Assembly (NCBI GenBank): GCA_965263355.1 | Contig: CBDHHL010000032.1 | Coordinates: forward strand, 2,944,001-3,008,000 | Origin: Leptolyngbyaceae cyanobacterium | GTDB taxonomy: Bacteria; Cyanobacteriota; Cyanobacteriia; Phormidesmidales; Phormidesmidaceae | Direction of reading: 5' to 3' | DNA length: 64,000 bases | Part shown: positions 10,700 through 21,278 of the stretch, one piece after another | Position numbering within the stretch: position 1 is the stretch's first letter | Layout: the number at the start of each line of letters is the position of its first letter | Position numbers and translations under genes: made by a program | Notes under the pieces: model-generated | What the model saw: only the letters and a program-made list of their open reading frames with translations | Database searches by the model: none | Told to the model about the DNA's origin: nothing

Positions 10700-10772
10700 T
10701 ACCCCCAGGGGAATTCGAATCCCCGTCGCCTCCGTGAAAGGGAGGTGTCCTAGGCCTCTAGACGATGGGGGC
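10700..10772 (-). tRNA. tRNA-Glu(TTC)
   Basis: Reverse complement GCCCCCATCGTCTAGAGGCCTAGGACACCTCCCT-TTC-ACGGAGG...GGATTCGAATTCCCCTGGGGGTA. Confidence 0.97.
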
Positions 10773-10908
10773 ATGGTTTGCCCTTGCGTTATTGCGTTGG
10801 CATTTATAAATATACAAATTTGAGGGAATTAATGTCAAACCTTAATGGGTAATTTTTTCTATGACGATTATGCCTGTTGGCAATTTCGCTACTACAGTTT
10901 TGCATTCA

Positions 10909-11190
10909 TCAAGCTAGTTTGCGCGAGTTGCGTAGGCGGATAAGCTGTCGTCGCATTTCTGGAGATGCTTCTAATGCTTGGATTTCATGAATATTGATTT
11001 GAGATTCAAGGGATTCAAGGTATTCGTCATCACCATATGTGTAAGCATCGACTAAGGCTTCTAATAACGCACTATTGTCAACCTCGTCGATAGTGAGCTG
11101 ATCCTCAATAATGCGAAACTTTAGACGAACTTCGCATTCGTAGATATTGACATTGTTGTTTTGGGCGGATAGGTCAAAGGACATTCCCAT
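10909..11190 (-). CDS. Npun_R1517-family small regulatory protein
   Basis: IYECEVRLKFRIIE...ASPEMRRQLIRLRN pattern recalled for this cyanobacterial family. Confidence 0.75.
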   Translation of the reverse strand: MGMSFDLSAQNNNVNIYECEVRLKFRIIEDQLTIDEVDNSALLEALVDAYTYGDDEYLESLESQINIHEIQALEASPEMRRQLIRLRNSRKLA

Positions 11191-11720
11191 AAGGTAGGTG
11201 AAGTATAAGTGTTCAAAACAAAAAATGAGAACAGAGAACCAGGTGATGATAACTATGACTCGTGCTTAGGGTCTTAATAAGTATGGTTAATACTTGAGGA
11301 GTTGGTATTTTAATAAATCCCGGTTTTTATTGTGCTATAACATTGGGTTTGATTGTTTTTTAATGAATTTAAATATTAAAAAATAATCATAAATATTGAA
11401 CCTAGCTAGCCAAGTTCAATATTTCTTTTGAGGTTTTATTTGTTTTTAATTTTTTGTGAATCCTTTTTTTGATGGGAATTCGAGTTGTAACTCGCTCGTT
11501 TTTATTTTTTGATTTTGGCTATAGATTCAATGGAATTAGATTGTGATATTGATCGAGAACTATTTTAGAAATGACGATTATTTCAAGGTTTGTCAATGTA
11601 GATCTTTTAAATAAACTATATAATTTATTGAAAAAATATTTGTGATATTTTTAAATTCAAAAAAAATATATGTCTGGGATTGAAAAGTTGTTGGGATTGA
11701 AAATTTAAGTCATTGAAATT

Positions 11721-11754
11721 GATGCTTATGGCTATGATGCTTATGGCTATGATG
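11721..11754 (+). repeat. 15-bp tandem repeat
   Basis: GATGCTTATGGCTAT x2 plus partial GATG. Confidence 0.8.
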
Positions 11755-11815
11755 ACTAGTGATATAAGTTTCTACCCATAGGCTAGCGGCCTAGGACAGC
11801 GTAAAATAGTATCGT

Positions 11816-12451
11816 TTGTCAGTACGGCATATTTTGCCGCTTCGCTTTTTGAATCAGAATCAGCCTGCCCCGCCTAATTCGAGTATGGAACCGTTGACAC
11901 GCACCCAGGTACTGGTTGCGATCGCGGCAACGGCTCTTGTATTGTTTCTCATTACTCGCCTATGGCTATTGTTTGATGCAGTAGAGCAATGGCCGAGCCA
12001 GTTTGATGTTTATCCCGTAGGTATTGGTTTGCTAATTGGGATGGGCATTACCTTGGTGAGCGGCATACTCTACAGGGTATGGCCTCGATATCGCTGCAGT
12101 GCTGAAGTCTATTTAGACTATATTTTAAAGCCTTTAGTTTTGCCGGATGTAGTGTGGTTAGGATTATTGCCTGGGATTAGCGAAGAATTACTTTTCCGTG
12201 GGGTTATGTTGCCTGCTTTGGGGGCAAATTTTGTGGCGTTGGGGCTATCTAGTTTGTGTTTTGGTTTGCTACATATGAGTGATTTACGACAGTGGCCCTA
12301 CATGTTGTGGGCAACCTGTGTTGGCGGATTACTGGGTTACAGTGCTATGGCAAGTCAAAATCTACTAGTTCCAGTAGTGGCTCATGTATTTACTAATATG
12401 TTATCTAGTTTAGTCTGGAAGCTGAAAGCGTCTGATCTAGCCGCGCATTAA
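11816..12451 (+). CDS. CPBP (CAAX/Abi) family intramembrane metalloprotease
   Basis: PGISEELLFRG, FGLLH and AHVFTN motifs; true start may be further downstream (up to ATG 11885). Confidence 0.9.
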   Translation: MSVRHILPLRFLNQNQPAPPNSSMEPLTRTQVLVAIAATALVLFLITRLWLLFDAVEQWPSQFDVYPVGIGLLIGMGITLVSGILYRVWPRYRCSAEVYLDYILKPLVLPDVVWLGLLPGISEELLFRGVMLPALGANFVALGLSSLCFGLLHMSDLRQWPYMLWATCVGGLLGYSAMASQNLLVPVVAHVFTNMLSSLVWKLKASDLAAH

Positions 12452-12463
12452 AGATGCTTTATT

Positions 12464-12862
12464 TTGACGTCTACTTCAAAGTCACATCCCTTGAAACCCG
12501 CTAGTTTACCTGATGATGAGCAGATACTGGGATTAGCTGTTTTTGATCGAGTAGGATTGCCACGCGACTATTTTATTACGCTACAGCATGAAGATACAGA
12601 ATGGATTCAGCTGGCTTTTCAGCTGTTAGGACTGCAACAATTAATAGTCACTACCTTAGAGTTACCCAGGTTGAGCAATGCCATGATTCGTACCAAGGTT
12701 GGTAACATTGTAATGGTTTGTTATGACCAGGGATATATTGCGATATTGCTTAAACGGGTTCTGCCCCAAGAGCGGCCCCACGTAGATAAGGCATGGGTGG
12801 CGTGGATTTGTGAGTTTGAAGCTAATGTTGTGAGAAATCACCCTAATTTTAGAGCAGTTTAA
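12464..12862 (+). CDS. hypothetical protein, possibly roadblock/LC7-like fold
   Basis: 132-aa ORF right after the CPBP gene; ILGLAVFDRVGLP strand-turn pattern. Confidence 0.55.
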   Translation: MTSTSKSHPLKPASLPDDEQILGLAVFDRVGLPRDYFITLQHEDTEWIQLAFQLLGLQQLIVTTLELPRLSNAMIRTKVGNIVMVCYDQGYIAILLKRVLPQERPHVDKAWVAWICEFEANVVRNHPNFRAV

Positions 12863-13683
12863 TGTCTCACATAGGTTAAACGCCCATCTTGAATTTGAAC
12901 CACAGGATGGCTAGATGAGCGCACCAGTTGCTCATCATGAGTCGTAATCATGACTGTGATACCAATAGAATTAAGCTTCTCTAGAATCTTGATCACCTGG
13001 CGAGAGTTATCCACATCCAAATTGCCGGTAGGTTCGTCTGCTAAGAGTAGGGGAGGCGTGCTCACCACTGCACGGGCAATGCTTACTCGTTGTTGTTCAC
13101 CGCCTGATAGCTGATCGGGAAAGCAATTAGCTTTATGTTGCAGGCCAACCATACGTAAAGTAGGACGCAATCGACGATTAATTTCTCGGCGGCTATAACC
13201 TTGGGCCCAAAGTACAAATGATACGTTTTCTGCAACGGTGCGTTTGGGGATAAGTTTGTAGTCTTGGAAGACAATGCCAATCCGCCGTCGTAGCATGGCT
13301 AAGCGATTGCCGCGTAGTTTGGCTAGAGTTTGGCCAGCGACAATAATATCCCCAGATGTGGCTCGTTCTTGGCCATAGAGTAATTTGAGTAGTGTAGATT
13401 TACCTGCGCCGGAAGGCCCTGTCACAAACAAAAAGTCACCACGCTTGACCTGTAGATTAATATCGCGTAATGCTTGACTGCCGTTATTGTAGGTTTTGTT
13501 GACCTTCATCAACGTGACCAGGGGCGCTGTCGTGCTGTCGGCTTTGGGTTGATGTTGGTTTTGAATCTGTTGGGCTTGTAACGTCGTCGGAACTGTCTGA
13601 AACGTTGCAGTGCTCCTGAATTGTCCGTCCTGATGGCGGCGACGAGAGGGATAAGTCTTAGGCGGAGTCACGGCGTATGTCAT
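12859..13683 (-). CDS. ftsE: cell division ATP-binding protein FtsE
   Basis: [46 protein letters not shown] 13683 preferred. Confidence 0.92.
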   Translation of the reverse strand: MTYAVTPPKTYPSRRRHQDGQFRSTATFQTVPTTLQAQQIQNQHQPKADSTTAPLVTLMKVNKTYNNGSQALRDINLQVKRGDFLFVTGPSGAGKSTLLKLLYGQERATSGDIIVAGQTLAKLRGNRLAMLRRRIGIVFQDYKLIPKRTVAENVSFVLWAQGYSRREINRRLRPTLRMVGLQHKANCFPDQLSGGEQQRVSIARAVVSTPPLLLADEPTGNLDVDNSRQVIKILEKLNSIGITVMITTHDEQLVRSSSHPVVQIQDGRLTYVRH

Positions 13684-13813
13684 GGGGCGTAGCTGTGCAA
13701 TGGTGAGAAGCGGAATAGAAATTAAAGGAGAAGCATTTTTGTCTCTGTACAAGGATATAGGTAATGGGACGAATGTCCAGCCCCTTGACAATTTTTATTG
13801 GATGTCAGCGACT

Positions 13814-13853
13814 AATTTTATCGGGACATTCCATGGAATGTCCCGATAAAATT
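13814..13853. repeat. perfect 40-bp palindrome (REP-like)
   Basis: AATTTTATCGGGACATTCCA|TGGAATGTCCCGATAAAATT. Confidence 0.9.
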
Positions 13854-13869
13854 TTGGCTTTGTTGTACG

Positions 13870-14628
13870 TCAAGTACGCCAGCCTAGGTCGTAACCGATA
13901 GAACGAAAGACAAATTTAGGCAATGCTAACATGCGTCGCCAACGCCAGGGTTCTTGATAAAGCCGATACAGCCATTCCAGGTGGTTGTTGCACATCCAAC
14001 GAGGAGCTCGCTGCTTTTTCCCTGCCCAAATATCGAAACTACCTCCTACGCCGACCCAAATCGCTTTGGGGCAGAGCTGACGGTTAGCTGCAATCCATAA
14101 TTCTTGGCGGGGTACCCCAAGGCCGACAAAAATTATGCTTGGCTCTAGTGCGTTTAATTTTTGTTGAAAATCTAATTGCTCTGTCTCGGATAGATAGCCA
14201 TGTTGTGCGATCGCAACGTTTAGGTTGGGAAATTGCTGTTGCCAATGATTTGCCGCTGCTGCTGCCATACCTGGGGCTCCACCATAAAACACCACAGGCT
14301 CTGTAGGCTTGAGCTGTTGCAGAATATCCACAGCAAATTCAATGCCAGGATATCGCTTGATATCTTGACGCTGAACCCACTGAAAATAAAGCTGTATCCC
14401 AGCTCCGTCAGGAATGACTAATGTGGCCTTCTGAATAATTTGCTTAAGTTCAACATTAGTTTCTGCCTGGACGCACATTTCAGCATTGAGGGTGACTACG
14501 TGACCACTACAACCGGAGCGCATAGTTTCCAGTAACCAACCCACATAATTGGTACTTTGGTGTACCGGTAAGCCCATAACAAAGAGCTGATTTGGGGGAG
14601 TATTAACAGGTACGAATGTAGATATCAT
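13870..14628 (-). CDS. WecB/TagA/CpsF family glycosyltransferase
   Basis: HVVTLNAE, IPDGAG, VGLGVPRQE, GVGGSFD, LEWLYRL. Confidence 0.92.
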   Translation of the reverse strand: MISTFVPVNTPPNQLFVMGLPVHQSTNYVGWLLETMRSGCSGHVVTLNAEMCVQAETNVELKQIIQKATLVIPDGAGIQLYFQWVQRQDIKRYPGIEFAVDILQQLKPTEPVVFYGGAPGMAAAAANHWQQQFPNLNVAIAQHGYLSETEQLDFQQKLNALEPSIIFVGLGVPRQELWIAANRQLCPKAIWVGVGGSFDIWAGKKQRAPRWMCNNHLEWLYRLYQEPWRWRRMLALPKFVFRSIGYDLGWRT

Positions 14629-14700
14629 GAGCCGCAAAAAACAATTGGACGGTTGGAGGAACTCTGCTACACACACCGTAATAAATATCTTTGCACACCC

Positions 14701-15513
14701 CTAGAAATCTTCTTCTTCGTATTCGATAACTTTTTTCTTTTGAGGAATATTCAATGGCTGAGCTTGGTAAGGTTCTTCCTCGGGGATAGCTTGTTCTACC
14801 GGTGGTCGGGAGGGTTGTTCGAGTTCTAGCCGTTGGGGGGGAGCAGCTTCACGACGTGGTGCTGGAGCAGTTTGCTTTATGCCTGAGGGCAGTTGATTGC
14901 TGGCAGAGGTGGGCATGATGTAGCCATCATCTTCCCGTTCCCAAGGGGCTGAACCCAGGCCAAGGCGTTCTAATAAACCAACACTAATCTGTTTGAGTTT
15001 TTCTTCTGACCCTTCAAACACAATAATCCGGTCTGGTCCGGTGCTGACAATTTCATCAACTGGTAGTTCATAAGAACTAATTACCTGATCTGGAATTTGG
15101 GGTAGGCCCATGGAGGCAATTACAAGGGATTGCAGCTTGCCGCTAACCACATCAAATTTGAAGCCTCGTACGCGACCTAACCCTTCGCCTGACTCCGTGA
15201 TTACTTCACTTTTGACCAGGTTAGTATAGTTGGCTGTGCTGAGGTCATCTTCGATTACTGAGTCGTCATCCACCAAAATGACATCCCCAATTTGGCGAAT
15301 ACTGCTCAGCAGTATGATTTGCTCTGGCCCCGATACGACCTTGGAGAGAATGTTATCCCGTAGACCTAAAGCGACGACTTCACCGCCTTCACCTCGACCT
15401 CGATCTATGTCGACCCACAGTTGACTGACCACGCCCAGGCGACGGCCTGTAGAACGGGTAATAACTTGGGTGCCAATCATGTCGGAACGAAGCCGACTTT
15501 GCTCAAAACTCAT
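14701..15513 (-). CDS. PRC-barrel domain protein
   Basis: Two PRC-like repeats (GTQVITRSTGRRLGVV; SEVITESGEGLGRVRGFKFD). Confidence 0.85.
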   Translation of the reverse strand: MSFEQSRLRSDMIGTQVITRSTGRRLGVVSQLWVDIDRGRGEGGEVVALGLRDNILSKVVSGPEQIILLSSIRQIGDVILVDDDSVIEDDLSTANYTNLVKSEVITESGEGLGRVRGFKFDVVSGKLQSLVIASMGLPQIPDQVISSYELPVDEIVSTGPDRIIVFEGSEEKLKQISVGLLERLGLGSAPWEREDDGYIMPTSASNQLPSGIKQTAPAPRREAAPPQRLELEQPSRPPVEQAIPEEEPYQAQPLNIPQKKKVIEYEEEDF

Positions 15514-15654
15514 CGCTTGGGGTCTACTGTTGGGGTCTAATTGGTTGTCTTAACCAGAAAGGATGTTTCTTAACCGAAGGAAACATGCTTCCCCACATTA
15601 CACCTTATCCCTCAATTTTTTGACAGTGTGTGAAACCGTATTAAAACGGACGAA

Positions 15655-18600
15655 TTAACCGCCTGCTGTTGCTCGCTGTAAATTAATGCCCAAAACTTGT
15701 GTGTAGGCTCCCCGAGCCTGAGTGACGCCGATAGTTCGTTCGGCAGATTCAATCATAGGACGTCGCAGGCTGACAACGATAAACTGCGCTTGCTTGGCCT
15801 GGTGACGAATCATTTTGGATAGGCGTTCCACGTTAGCACCGTCCAGGAACATATCGACTTCGTCAAAAGCATAGAAAGGTGATGGGCGATAGCGTTGGAG
15901 AGCAAATATGAAGCTTAAGGCTGTCAAAGATTTTTCGCCACCGGACATGGAGGCTAGGCGACGCACAGGTTTCCCTTTGGGATGAGCGACCAGATTGAGA
16001 CCACCGTTGAAAGGATCTTGAGGATCATCCAGTTGGAGATAACCATCACCGTCGGAGAGTTCGGCAAAAATAGATTGAAAGTTTTGGTTGACGGCTGCAA
16101 AGGCTTCTTGAAAGGCTTGACGACGCAATGTGGTGAAGTTTTCAATCCGCAGTAATAGCTCAGTACGTTCTTCTTCTAGGGTGGTTAGTTTATCAGTGAG
16201 TTCTTCTAGTCGTTCCTGAGTACGTTCATACTCTTCGAGAGCTAGCATATTGACTGGTTCCATGGCCTCTAGGCGACGCTGTAAGGATTTGAGCTGTTTT
16301 TGTAAGGCCTCTAATGTTAAATCTTCGGGGATTTCGGGGATGGGATCAGGTAGTTCAGCTTGTTTGGTTTCAATAACTGTCTGCAGTTCGCTTAACTGGT
16401 GTTGCCGCGCTTGCTGGGTTTCGCTGAGTTTTTGTTGTTGCCACTCTAATTGTTGCAGTTGGTTTCGCTGATCACGGAGCTGGTACTCTTTGCGATCGCG
16501 TTCTACCTTCTCACTTGCTAAGGTTTTATCCAACTCCCCTAGAGCTGCTTGGGTAGCAATAATGTCTTGCTTTAGAGCAACCTGTTGCTTGTTAATCTCG
16601 GTCTGCTGGTTGATTTGGATTTGCTGCTGTTGACGATCGGCTGCCGCACCTTGCTGACCGATTTGGATTTTTTCCTCCAGTCTCTGGCCTTGGGCTTCCA
16701 GTTCATTCTGTCGCTGTAGGGCTGTTTGTAGGGCCTGCTGTCGGGCTGTCAGTTCAGCTTCTAACGCCCGGACATTATCCTGGGCCTGTTGCCACTCGCT
16801 ATGGGTTTGGGAGTCTTCTAGAGCTGTTAGTGCCTGCCGCTTTTGCTGGAGTTGTGTTTCCTGGGTAGGCAGAGTCGTTTCGAGGGATTGTAGACGGGCT
16901 TGGGCTGCAGTGTATTCAGCTTGGTATTGCTGCAGCTGCTTTTGAGTCTGTGCTAGTCGCTGTTGTAGCTGTTGTAGCTGTTGTTGGGCCTGGGTGTTTT
17001 GTAACTGTTGTTCTCGGTAGCGTTGACGGGCTTCAATTAGAGCTTTTGATTGGGTTTTGACGGTGGTATCGGTCTGTGCTAAGGCGCGATCGCAACTGGC
17101 CAAAATTTGCTCAATGTCCTGGAGTCGTTCTCGTAGGGCTTTAGCCTCGGCGGATTCACCCGCTTCAACTGTGCCAAAGTGTAGCCGACCCTGACGGCGC
17201 AGGCTGCCTCCGGTCATGGCTCCACTGCTTTCTAGCACCTCACCATCCAGGGTGACCATGCGAAATTTACCAAGGTGGCGGCGGGCATCGTTAATCTGCT
17301 CAAATACGACTGTATTGCCAAAAACAAAAGCAAACACCTGACGGTAAATATCGTCACACTCAATCAGATCAACGGCATAGTCTATGAACCCATCGGGGCG
17401 TTCCCAGCGGCCTAATTTTTGAATCCGGGGTGCACGAATAGCATTGAGCGGTAAAAATGTAGCCCGACCTGCCCGTTTCTGCTTGAGGATGTCGATTCCT
17501 CTGGCAGCAACACCATCATTTTCAACCACTAAGTAGCCCAGTCTGGCACCAGCAGCAATTTCAAGGGCAGTTTGATATTTGGGGTCTACCCGCCCCAACT
17601 GAGCAACTAGGCCACAGATGCCAGTGAGACCGCTCTTAATTAATACTTCGGTGGCCTGGGTGCCTCGGGTTTCTTGCAGAGCTTGTTCTTGGGCCTCAAG
17701 TTTGTCTAATTCCCGCTGCTTTTCTCGCTGTTCCCTGAGTAGGCGGTCTCGGGTTTCTCGTTGGGTTTTGAGGTCTTGCTCAGCGGTGGCAACGGCTTGG
17801 GCTAAGGTTTGGATGATGCCTTCCGTCTCCGAAAGTTCGGTGTCAGTCGTTTGAGGGGCATCAGCCAGTTCGGTTTCCAGATTTTGAATCGCTGTGGTTT
17901 GAGCTGTAATTTGGCTTTGCAACTGATGGCGGCGTTCCTGTAGCCGTACTTGTTCCGTGCGCTGGGGCTCCAGGGCTTTGAGTAAAGCTTCTACTTCATG
18001 CCTGAGGTTGGTTTGGGTTTCGATCCAGGCTTGAGAGGCGGTTGCGATCTCACTCGTCGCTTCTCGACCGTCCTCCACAGCCTGAGCAGCCCGTTCTCGC
18101 TCTGTCTGCAGCTGAACTATATTCTCATCGCTCAAGGTAATTAACTGTAGTTTCAGCTCTGCAAGTGCCTGAGTTTGGGTTTGTAGTTCGCCTTGGATGG
18201 TCTGAAGTTTAGCGGCTAGCTCCCGTGTGGATTGACTGAGTGCTTTTGCCTGGCGTTCTAACTGTCGTAACTCAGCTTCTTGGGTGGCTAGTTTTGCCTG
18301 CAAGGCTAGGTGCTCGTCTTCACCTAGCGCTTTCACCTTGGTATTGAGTGAGTCTAACTCGGACGTAGTGGTTTCAATCAGTTTGACCAGTGCTTCCCGC
18401 TGTTCCACAAGCTTAATGGCCTGCCCCTTACCCTGGTGAATCTGGCCTTCTAATTGCTTAGCTTTTTCCTGTTGCTGCCGCCATTCTAGAACCGCCTGCC
18501 ATTGGATTTTACTTTGTAGGGTTGCTTTAAGTTGCTTATACTTTTCAGCTTTTTTGCGATCCTGATCAAGACGTTCTAGCTGGTCAATTAATTCTCGCTC

Positions 18601-19473
18601 CACAATGCGAAAGCGTTCTTCTCGCTCACGCACCATATCGAGCTTTAGTTTCGCCTGGTTAATTTTTCGATCAAAGGATGCGACACCAGCCAACTCATCA
18701 ATAATTTCCCGACGTTCGCGCCCCTTCATCGAGATAATGCTGGTGACGTCCCCCTGCAGCACAACATTGTAGCCTTCAGGATAGATACGAAACCGCTGCA
18801 GTTGGTCATGTAACTCACTCAGAGTACAGGGTTTGCCATCAATGAAATAATTAGAGGTATAGGTTCCTTGAGCCGTAATCCTGAGCCGACGAGTGACACT
18901 CCATTCTCGTGGTAGAGGAACCACATTATCGGGGGTAGCGGTATCTAGTTGACCATTATTGCCAGCCTCATTATTCGAGTTAGAGTCTGAATCCTTGGCT
19001 AGGTTAGTGGCTGTAGGGGAGGCGATGGCATGAGCGGCGTTGTCTGCTGGATCAATTTGTCTGTTAGGGGCTTGGGCTACAGTGCCGTGAGGATCTGTGT
19101 CATTAGCCGCTACATTATCTTCTGTAATAATTTCTGAGGCATGGGTGGCAGAGTCATTCTTAGTAGATTCATCACCGTCAGAGTCTTCGCTAAGGAGTTC
19201 TGGAGCGACATCACTAATATCGAATGTCACAGTAACACTTGCTTCTGCGGTGGAACGTCGACTGGCGTGATTTTGATTAACCAAATCTGGCAAACGTTCT
19301 GCCCGCATGCCTTTAGAGCTGGCTAATCCTAAACAAAACAAAAGGGCATCCAGGATGTTCGATTTTCCTGAACCATTGGGGCCAGAAATAACGGTGAATC
19401 CTGTTAACAGAGGAACCTGCGTCGTACCTCCAAAGGATTTAAAGTGAGAGAGTTCAACTCGCTTTACATGCAC
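15655..19473 (-). CDS. smc: chromosome segregation protein SMC
   Basis: FKSFG, GPNGSGKSN, hinge GRATFLPL, MSGGEKS, FDEVD; long coiled coils. Confidence 0.97.
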   Translation of the reverse strand: MHVKRVELSHFKSFGGTTQVPLLTGFTVISGPNGSGKSNILDALLFCLGLASSKGMRAERLPDLVNQNHASRRSTAEASVTVTFDISDVAPELLSEDSDGDESTKNDSATHASEIITEDNVAANDTDPHGTVAQAPNRQIDPADNAAHAIASPTATNLAKDSDSNSNNEAGNNGQLDTATPDNVVPLPREWSVTRRLRITAQGTYTSNYFIDGKPCTLSELHDQLQRFRIYPEGYNVVLQGDVTSIISMKGRERREIIDELAGVASFDRKINQAKLKLDMVREREERFRIVERELIDQLERLDQDRKKAEKYKQLKATLQSKIQWQAVLEWRQQQEKAKQLEGQIHQGKGQAIKLVEQREALVKLIETTTSELDSLNTKVKALGEDEHLALQAKLATQEAELRQLERQAKALSQSTRELAAKLQTIQGELQTQTQALAELKLQLITLSDENIVQLQTERERAAQAVEDGREATSEIATASQAWIETQTNLRHEVEALLKALEPQRTEQVRLQERRHQLQSQITAQTTAIQNLETELADAPQTTDTELSETEGIIQTLAQAVATAEQDLKTQRETRDRLLREQREKQRELDKLEAQEQALQETRGTQATEVLIKSGLTGICGLVAQLGRVDPKYQTALEIAAGARLGYLVVENDGVAARGIDILKQKRAGRATFLPLNAIRAPRIQKLGRWERPDGFIDYAVDLIECDDIYRQVFAFVFGNTVVFEQINDARRHLGKFRMVTLDGEVLESSGAMTGGSLRRQGRLHFGTVEAGESAEAKALRERLQDIEQILASCDRALAQTDTTVKTQSKALIEARQRYREQQLQNTQAQQQLQQLQQRLAQTQKQLQQYQAEYTAAQARLQSLETTLPTQETQLQQKRQALTALEDSQTHSEWQQAQDNVRALEAELTARQQALQTALQRQNELEAQGQRLEEKIQIGQQGAAADRQQQQIQINQQTEINKQQVALKQDIIATQAALGELDKTLASEKVERDRKEYQLRDQRNQLQQLEWQQQKLSETQQARQHQLSELQTVIETKQAELPDPIPEIPEDLTLEALQKQLKSLQRRLEAMEPVNMLALEEYERTQERLEELTDKLTTLEEERTELLLRIENFTTLRRQAFQEAFAAVNQNFQSIFAELSDGDGYLQLDDPQDPFNGGLNLVAHPKGKPVRRLASMSGGEKSLTALSFIFALQRYRPSPFYAFDEVDMFLDGANVERLSKMIRHQAKQAQFIVVSLRRPMIESAERTIGVTQARGAYTQVLGINLQRATAGG

Positions 19474-19497
19474 AAAGCAAACGCACCCGAACTAGTG

Positions 19498-19511
19498 CGT
19501 ACAAGTGTACT
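19498..19511 (-). promoter_or_regulatory. candidate cyanobacterial LexA box upstream of smc
   Basis: Minus strand AGTACACTTGTACG is an exact match to RGTACNNNDGTWCB, about 25 bp before the smc start. Confidence 0.55.
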
Positions 19512-19832
19512 TAGACCATAGCATTTGCATCCCATGTGCAACCAGCTCAATGGTGAGCGACAGTGGCTGAAGCAGCTGTACTCCAAATGACACCGGGTAG
19601 ATCGAACCGGTAACGTCGCCAGACTACAGTTTGCCAGATTTTGTTGAAAGCGCAACCGCAGCTTAGGCAATCTCTAGAATTCAGGTCCTGAGTGGAGGCT
19701 TCTTGGGTATAGCTCTAATATAGAAATAGGAAGACAAAGGCCCTATTCGTCTAGGCTACATCCTAGTTGAAATTTGACGTTGCCTAAACGTTTAGTTCTG
19801 GATGTGAGCCCTTTGAATTCCAGTTTTTTAGA

Positions 19833-20297
19833 GTGCCTTGCCCTAACTCCGTGACCTCTACTGTTTTTTCTCAACTGTCGCAGCCCGTTATTCTAGGCTT
19901 TGATCCTGGCCGTTACAAGTGTGGCTTAGCCATAGTTAGGTTAGATCGTTCCCTGTGTTATCACGAGGTCATCTTGGCAGAAGCTGTGCTCGAGCATATT
20001 GAAACGCTACGTCAGACGTATCCTATTTCTCTGATTGTGATGGGCGATCAGACGGGGGCAAAACTTTGGAAACAGGAACTGTCTCAGCGACTTCAGGAAG
20101 CACCCAATGTCATTCTGGTAGATGAACGTTATAGCAGTTTGGAAGCACGCGATCGCTACTGGGAAATGTTTCCCCCAAAAGGTCTCAATCGCCTTTTGCC
20201 CCAGAGTATGCGTAGCATTCCTCGCCCCATTGATGACATTGTGGCAATTTTGCTAATTGAGCGTTACCTAAACAAGCTGACTGAAGTCGAAATATAG
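19833..20297 (+). CDS. yqgF: YqgF/RuvX family RNase H-like nuclease
   Basis: ILGFDPGRYKCG, VMGDQT, VDERYSS, DDIVAILL. Confidence 0.85.
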   Translation: MPCPNSVTSTVFSQLSQPVILGFDPGRYKCGLAIVRLDRSLCYHEVILAEAVLEHIETLRQTYPISLIVMGDQTGAKLWKQELSQRLQEAPNVILVDERYSSLEARDRYWEMFPPKGLNRLLPQSMRSIPRPIDDIVAILLIERYLNKLTEVEI

Positions 20298-20340
20298 TGA
20301 GCCATACCTACTGCGCATATCGGCTCTAGCTTCTGAACTC

Positions 20341-21126
20341 TCAGAAGTTCAATGCTGAACTTTGAAACATCAGCCACGACAGAAAAAAGTTGCTGATGAA
20401 AATAGACAGCAGAGCTGTGACTACGGCAGTGGTTGTGGACTGTCCCACACCCTTCGCTCCACCAGTTGTGGTTAATCCCCAGCTAGAACCAATAATGGCA
20501 ATCAAGCCACCAAATACAAGGGATTTAATAAGCGCAGCGATAAGATCCTTTACATCTAGAAACACACGCGCTGAGTCTAGAAAGACGGTTTGAGAAATGT
20601 TGAACATTGTGCTTGAAATCAGCAGCCCTCCTGTCATGCCTGTAATGAAGGATAAGATGGTGAGTAGTGGTAGCATCAAGGCACAAGCAACGAACCTAGG
20701 CAAGACCAAGTAATCAACCGGGTCAGTCTTCAGCAACTGTAATGCATCGATCTGTTCGGTTACTTGCATGGTGCCAATTTCAGCAGCAAAGGCTGAGCCA
20801 ACTCGACCAGCAATAATCACGGCGGTTAGCACTGGAGCCAATTCACGGGCCAGAGTCAATGCCAGCACTCCACCGACTGCTGTGCTGGCTCCAAAGTTAA
20901 TAAATTCTCGTGTCACCTGGATTGTGAACACCATGCCCACAAAGCTGGCAGTCACCAAGGTAATGAGCAATGATTCTGGGCCAACGGCAGCCATTTGCTC
21001 AATAGTGTTACGCCGATGAAGTGGACGAGTCGTCAGGTGCACAATCACCTGACCACCGAGGAGGATGGCAGCCAGTAAACGCTGCCCCCATTTAGCTAGG
21101 CTCGACGTAGGAAATACAGCGGACAC
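20341..21126 (-). CDS. mlaE: MlaE (Ycf63/TGD1-like) lipid ABC transporter permease
   Basis: RELAPVLTA, GRVGSAFAAEIGTMQVTEQIDAL, GAKGVG. Confidence 0.92.
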   Translation of the reverse strand: MSAVFPTSSLAKWGQRLLAAILLGGQVIVHLTTRPLHRRNTIEQMAAVGPESLLITLVTASFVGMVFTIQVTREFINFGASTAVGGVLALTLARELAPVLTAVIIAGRVGSAFAAEIGTMQVTEQIDALQLLKTDPVDYLVLPRFVACALMLPLLTILSFITGMTGGLLISSTMFNISQTVFLDSARVFLDVKDLIAALIKSLVFGGLIAIIGSSWGLTTTGGAKGVGQSTTTAVVTALLSIFISNFFLSWLMFQSSALNF

Positions 21127-21278
21127 CGGACATGACTCCTTAGGGTTGGGGCAGATACAAAACAGCCCAATTATTTTAATAGGTTAAGCAAAGGGTTAAG
21201 GCAAGACTCTAAATGCTCTGTAATTTTATGAAAATTTAAGATTCCTCAAGTTGACGTTTATAGCTAGTTATTCCTCGT

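Noticed and set aside
12859..13683. ftsE without an adjacent ftsX
   Set aside because: Unlinked ftsE and ftsX is, as far as I recall, ordinary in cyanobacteria
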